Made by a program: the position numbers and the translations under genes
In this document: in pieces, positions 59,722-64,000 of the stretch
Numbering within the stretch: the first letter of the stretch is position 1
Layout of the letters: every line of letters starts with the position of its first letter
Source of the DNA: an uncultured delta proteobacterium
Lineage (GTDB): Bacteria; Myxococcota_A; Polyangia; Polyangiales; B10-G4
Direction: 5' to 3'
NCBI GenBank assembly: GCA_963727445.1
Contig: CAVSGI010000027.1
Coordinates: 354,983-418,982, forward strand
Length of the DNA stretch: 64,000 nt
The notes under the pieces: model-generated
Seen by the model: the letters and a program-made list of their open reading frames with translations, nothing else
Database searches by the model: none
What the model was told of the DNA's origin: nothing

Positions 59722-61335
59722 TCAGCGGCTCACCGCGCGCTGCAGCTGCGCGTGGGCGATGCGGACGTCGATGATCGTGTCGACGAGATCGATGCGCGCC
59801 CGGGTCAGATCCGACTCGGCGTCGACGAGATCCCGCGCGACCGCAGTGCCGGCGGCGAGCTCCTCCTGACGCACCCGGTAGGCCTCCTCCGCTGCCTGGA
59901 GCCCGGCACCAGCCGCTGTCAGCGCGGTGCTCGCCGACTGATACGCCTCATAGGCCTGGTCGACCTCCATGGTGATCGCGTCATTCAACGCCTCCATGTC
60001 GGCGCGCGCCTGGTCGAGGTCGGCGATGGCCGCGCTCCGAAGCTGATCGTTCTCGAGCGTCTGGTTGAGGGTGTACTGGAGCACTGCGCCGACCGCCCAG
60101 GACGCGTAGAACCGCTGCGTCTGCGGGAAGACGCGCTGGTTGGGGTTCGCGTAGTCGATCTGCCCCTGGATGAAGATCTGCGGCCACCGCGCGCCCGATC
60201 GCACCGAGACCAGATCGTCCCGGGCCCCCACCACGCGCCGCATCGCGAGCAGCTCCGCCCGCGACTCGTGCGCCTGCGCCTGCAGCGCCTCGCGCGTCTC
60301 GTTCACCTCCGGGAGGTTCTCCGCGAGGTTCTCACCGATGGGGATGGGCCCGCGGCCGCTGGGACGATGCATCAGCGTCCGCAGGATGTGGCCCGTCACC
60401 TGGACGGCGCCCTGCGCCCGCGCCACGCCGACACGCGCCGCCGCGTTCTGCGCTTCGACGCGCATCAGATCGACGCGGGCCGAGACGCCCGCGCGCACCA
60501 GCGCTTCGACCTGGGTGCGGTTGGCTTCGGTCTGCCGCTGCGTGGCCACCGCCACGGCCAGCGTCGCCTGCGCGCGCACGTGGTCGTAGAACGCGGTCCG
60601 CGCCTGCAGATCGACCGTCGCGCGCTGAGCGTCGAGACGGATCCGCTCTGCCTCGGCGAAGCCCTCCGAGGCCTCGTAGCTCGGCAGGATCGTCATGAAG
60701 AGATCGGTCACCGGATAGCTGAGGGTCCCCTTCAGCGCCCACTGGTCAAGCACCTGAGGGAACTTGAACCCCGCCGTCAGCGACTGGAAGATCTGCAGAA
60801 ACGCGGCGTCGACGTCGGCGGAGGCCTCGTTGGGAGTGGTCCCGTCGCGCTGCGCCGCGATGCTCGCGTTCAGTCCATCGATCACCGGCTGTGGGATCGA
60901 ACCGCCACCGATCGCCGGGCGCGCCACCGCGGACAGACGCGTGTATCCGAAGGACATGCCGACCTGCGGCAGATAGTTGAGCCACTGCCGGTCACGGTTG
61001 TGCTCCGCCGAACGAAGCGAAGCGCGCTGCGACTCCATCTGCGGGGCGGTCTCGACCGCCGCCTCCGCCACCGAGTCGGCGGTCTCGCCGTCGTCCGATA
61101 CCAACATGGCGAAGGCATCGACGAAGACGGAGGGGTCGACGGGATCGAGCCCCCGCGTCGCTTGATCCTCGGCCATGCCCGCGAGCGTCGACGCACCCTC
61201 GTCCGTGTTGGGATCGGGGACTTCGGTGCGCGGAGATGCTTCCTCCACCGCAGGCGCCCCACCTTCCGACTGCGCCCCGGCGACCGCGGGAATCAGGAGA
61301 GCGAGGACCACAATCGAGGGAATCAGTTTGTTCAT
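59722..61335 (-). CDS. TolC-family outer membrane efflux protein
   Basis: Signal peptide; two OEP repeats (AGVSARVDL, AGTAVARDL); YLPQV and RWPQI. Confidence 0.85.
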   Translation of the reverse strand: MNKLIPSIVVLALLIPAVAGAQSEGGAPAVEEASPRTEVPDPNTDEGASTLAGMAEDQATRGLDPVDPSVFVDAFAMLVSDDGETADSVAEAAVETAPQMESQRASLRSAEHNRDRQWLNYLPQVGMSFGYTRLSAVARPAIGGGSIPQPVIDGLNASIAAQRDGTTPNEASADVDAAFLQIFQSLTAGFKFPQVLDQWALKGTLSYPVTDLFMTILPSYEASEGFAEAERIRLDAQRATVDLQARTAFYDHVRAQATLAVAVATQRQTEANRTQVEALVRAGVSARVDLMRVEAQNAAARVGVARAQGAVQVTGHILRTLMHRPSGRGPIPIGENLAENLPEVNETREALQAQAHESRAELLAMRRVVGARDDLVSVRSGARWPQIFIQGQIDYANPNQRVFPQTQRFYASWAVGAVLQYTLNQTLENDQLRSAAIADLDQARADMEALNDAITMEVDQAYEAYQSASTALTAAGAGLQAAEEAYRVRQEELAAGTAVARDLVDAESDLTRARIDLVDTIIDVRIAHAQLQRAVSR

Positions 61336-61422
61336 GGGCGAGTCTCACCTATGAATTGGAACCGCCGCCGATTGGCGGAGGTGGTGGCCGGTGGGGTATA
61401 GACGCGGTCGGAGGCCAGGACA

Positions 61423-62433
61423 ATGTCTGCAAAGAGGAAGGTCGCGGTGGTCGGCGCCACCGGCGTAGTGGGACAGGAAATGCTCGCGGTACTGCATCAG
61501 CGCGGTTTTCCCGTCTCCGAGGTGGTCCCGGTGGCGTCGGAGCGAAGCGCCGGGAAGAAAGCACGTTTCGGGCAACGGGAGATTGAGATCCGGGCCCTTC
61601 GCCCCGACGTCTTCGACGGGGTCGACTTCGCCCTCTTCTCCGCCGGCGCCTCGGTGTCCCGGGAGTGGGGTCCGGTCGCGGCGAAGGCCGGCGCGATCGT
61701 CATCGACAACTCGAGCGCCTTCCGGATGGACGACGACGTGCCTCTGGTGGTGCCGGAGTGCAACCCCGAGGCGGCGAAGAACGCGCCGCGCGGGATCATC
61801 GCGAACCCCAACTGCTCGACCATTCAGATGGTGGTGGCGCTGAAGCCCATCCACGACGAAGTGCGCATCACCCGGGTGGTGGTCTCCACCTACCAGGCGG
61901 TGAGCGGCGCGGGCGCGGAGGCCGTGGACTGCTTGAACGCTCAGATCGCGAGCCTCGCCAAGGGCGAGAACGTCGAGGACGGAGTCCTCGGTGGCCAGCT
62001 CGCCGGCAACCTGCTGATGCACTGGTCGCGCGACGTCGCCTCCGGCTACCAGGAGGAAGAGCTCAAGATGGTGAACGAGACCCGCAAGATCCTCGGCGAC
62101 CCTTCGATCCGCGTCTCGCCCACGGCGGTCCGCGTTCCCGTCGCCACCAGCCACAGCGAGTCCATCAACATCGAGACCGAGCGCCCCATCACGCCCGCGC
62201 GGGTTCGCGAGCTCCTCGACGAGGCGCCTGGCGTCGAGGTGGTGGATGACTTCGAGGCTGGCCTCTATCCGACCCCCCTCGCGGCCACGGGCACGGACCC
62301 GGTCTACGTCGGGCGCATTCGCGAGGACATCGGCAACCCCGGCGGCATCGCCATGTGGGTCGTGTCCGACAACCTCCGCAAGGGCGCGGCGCTCAACGCG
62401 GTGCAGATCGCCGAGACCCTTCTGGATTCGTAG
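61423..62433 (+). CDS. asd: Aspartate-semialdehyde dehydrogenase
   Basis: GATGVVG, DNSSAFRM, ANPNCST, STYQAVSGAG and DNLRKGAALNAVQIA. Confidence 0.97.
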   Translation: MSAKRKVAVVGATGVVGQEMLAVLHQRGFPVSEVVPVASERSAGKKARFGQREIEIRALRPDVFDGVDFALFSAGASVSREWGPVAAKAGAIVIDNSSAFRMDDDVPLVVPECNPEAAKNAPRGIIANPNCSTIQMVVALKPIHDEVRITRVVVSTYQAVSGAGAEAVDCLNAQIASLAKGENVEDGVLGGQLAGNLLMHWSRDVASGYQEEELKMVNETRKILGDPSIRVSPTAVRVPVATSHSESINIETERPITPARVRELLDEAPGVEVVDDFEAGLYPTPLAATGTDPVYVGRIREDIGNPGGIAMWVVSDNLRKGAALNAVQIAETLLDS

Positions 62434-62585
62434 GCCGAAGAGCCCGGCGGGATGACGTTCTGTCACTGGCCCCTGCCCACCTACCCCAAAGCCGTGTCAG
62501 AATGGCGAAGTAGGCCCTCGCGCTCCGCCGTTTTCCCGAAGAATGACGGTTGGTTCGGTCCTTGCTTTCGCCATCCGAGGTTCAG

Positions 62586-63620
62586 ATGCCCAAGCTTCTC
62601 ATCGCACTCATCGCCGCGACCTTCGCCCTGCCCCTTTCGGCCGCGGCGCAGATGACCGCCCAGGTCGTCGGGCTCGACGGTGCCGTCAATCGGCCCTCGT
62701 CGCAGCCCTTGACGAACTGGGGGATGATGGCCGGGCTCAGCGGCGCCGACTGCAATGCCGCGACGATCGACATTCAGCTCAGCAACGTCGACACGAGCGC
62801 GTCCATCATCGACGTCTGGCGGGGCCCCACCTGCAACGACGCCATGCAGCGCACGGTCGTCGGATCGGGCATGACGCAGTGCACGCACATCCCGCTCGAT
62901 GGGCAGGACCTGTCGATCAACAACCGCACTCAGATCACGCTCAATGCCGTGCCATTCAAGGACCTCCTCGCGGACTGTTCGCTCGGTGATGGCCAGTACG
63001 GCATCTTCTTCCTCGCCGCCCAGATGGCGCAGAGCAATCAAGCGGTCACGAGCTACGCAGAGCTGGACTTCTACTTCGACTCCACCGCGCCGGAGGCGCC
63101 CGTCATGGTGACGGGTGGCAGCGGAGGATCGTCCGTCACCGTCAGCTGGCACACCACCTATACCAGCAGCACCGGAACCGCCGATGCGCCCGCGTCCGAT
63201 CACCAGCAGTGGGTCATCTACGGTGACCCCGGCAGCGTCGTGACCAACGCCGACTGCACGGGGTCGACGAGCTCGATCACGCCGGGCTCGCCCGTCCCAT
63301 CTGGAATGGTCGAGCTGCAACGCGCCTCCTCGCCCGGGGTCTCTCTGTCCGTGAGCCCCGGCGACATGGGCATCGAGGATGGGGGATCCGGTTTGGTCAC
63401 CGTCGTGGAGGTGGACTACGCGGGTAACGAGAGCGTGGCCTCGGACCTGGCCTGCATCTCCCGGGTGCCCACGAACGGGTTCTGCGACGCCTACGGCGAG
63501 AACTGCAAGAGCTGCAGCGTCTCGGGCGCGCCCGGCCTGCCCGGAGGAGCGCCCACGGCCGCCCTCGGGATCATGGTGCTTGCAATGTTGGGCCTCGCTC
63601 GCCGAAGGTCCCGCGGATGA
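62586..63620 (+). CDS. Secreted protein with an FN3-like region and MYXO-CTERM-type tail (MXAN_2561-like)
   Basis: GAGG RBS, signal peptide, DSTAPEAP and VDYAGNES; tail CSVSG + TM + RRRSR. Confidence 0.7.
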   Translation: MPKLLIALIAATFALPLSAAAQMTAQVVGLDGAVNRPSSQPLTNWGMMAGLSGADCNAATIDIQLSNVDTSASIIDVWRGPTCNDAMQRTVVGSGMTQCTHIPLDGQDLSINNRTQITLNAVPFKDLLADCSLGDGQYGIFFLAAQMAQSNQAVTSYAELDFYFDSTAPEAPVMVTGGSGGSSVTVSWHTTYTSSTGTADAPASDHQQWVIYGDPGSVVTNADCTGSTSSITPGSPVPSGMVELQRASSPGVSLSVSPGDMGIEDGGSGLVTVVEVDYAGNESVASDLACISRVPTNGFCDAYGENCKSCSVSGAPGLPGGAPTAALGIMVLAMLGLARRRSRG

Positions 63621-64000
63621 CACGAGCCTCGGCTTTCAGCGTCCTGCTCTTGGGCGCAACCGCCTTCACCAGCGGCGCCCAAGCGCAGTACTTCGAGGAC
63701 GCGGTGGTGAGCGAGGAGGACGTCGAGTCGCCGGAGAACTGGGCGCTCGAGCTCCGCGGCGGCACCTATCAGCCGAACGCCGGCGGCGCGGCCTTCGACG
63801 GCTTCTTCAAAGACAATCAGGGCCCGCTCCTCTCCGTCGAGCTCGACTACTTCGTCTTCACGCTCGACGACTGGTCAATCTCGGCGTAGGCGTCGGCTTC
63901 GGCTGGAGCCAGTTCGTCGGCAAGTCGAAGGACAACGGCGGCGTGGCCACGCGGGAAGACACCTCGCTCACGCTCTACCCGATGCCCGTCATGGCCGTGC
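63617..64000 (+). CDS. Outer membrane beta-barrel protein (MXAN_2562-like), frameshifted near 63870 and running off the window
   Basis: Signal peptide and ESPENWALELRGGTYQP. A shifted frame continues LVNLGVGVGFGWSQFVGK...TSLTLYPM. Confidence 0.6.

Overview
Very GC-rich bacterial DNA, most likely myxobacterial (Polyangiales/Sandaracinus-like), judged from MYXO-CTERM-type tails, many Cys-rich lipoproteins and Hanks-type kinases. The window holds housekeeping genes (glyA, trpE, coaBC, asd, apaG, mpg, mlaEFD-like), three tRNA genes (Asp-GTC, Glu-CTC, Gln-CTG) and a lipid-type biosynthetic cluster (FAAL, two KAS III, two ACPs, carboxyltransferase, GH3 adenylating enzyme, desaturase). The standout locus is 56.6-59.0 kb. 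There a divergent HUH/Y1 (RAYT-like) nuclease gene sits between two related but separately homogenised 52-bp tandem arrays (about 11 and 18 copies, no spacers), just downstream of tRNA-Glu. Other non-coding signals are a perfect 29-bp inverted-repeat element at 44.5 kb and a duplicated tRNA-Asp 3' end (att-like scar). About seven single-base frameshifts, some in core genes, suggest assembly indel errors. All family calls come from reading motifs by eye, not from database searches.
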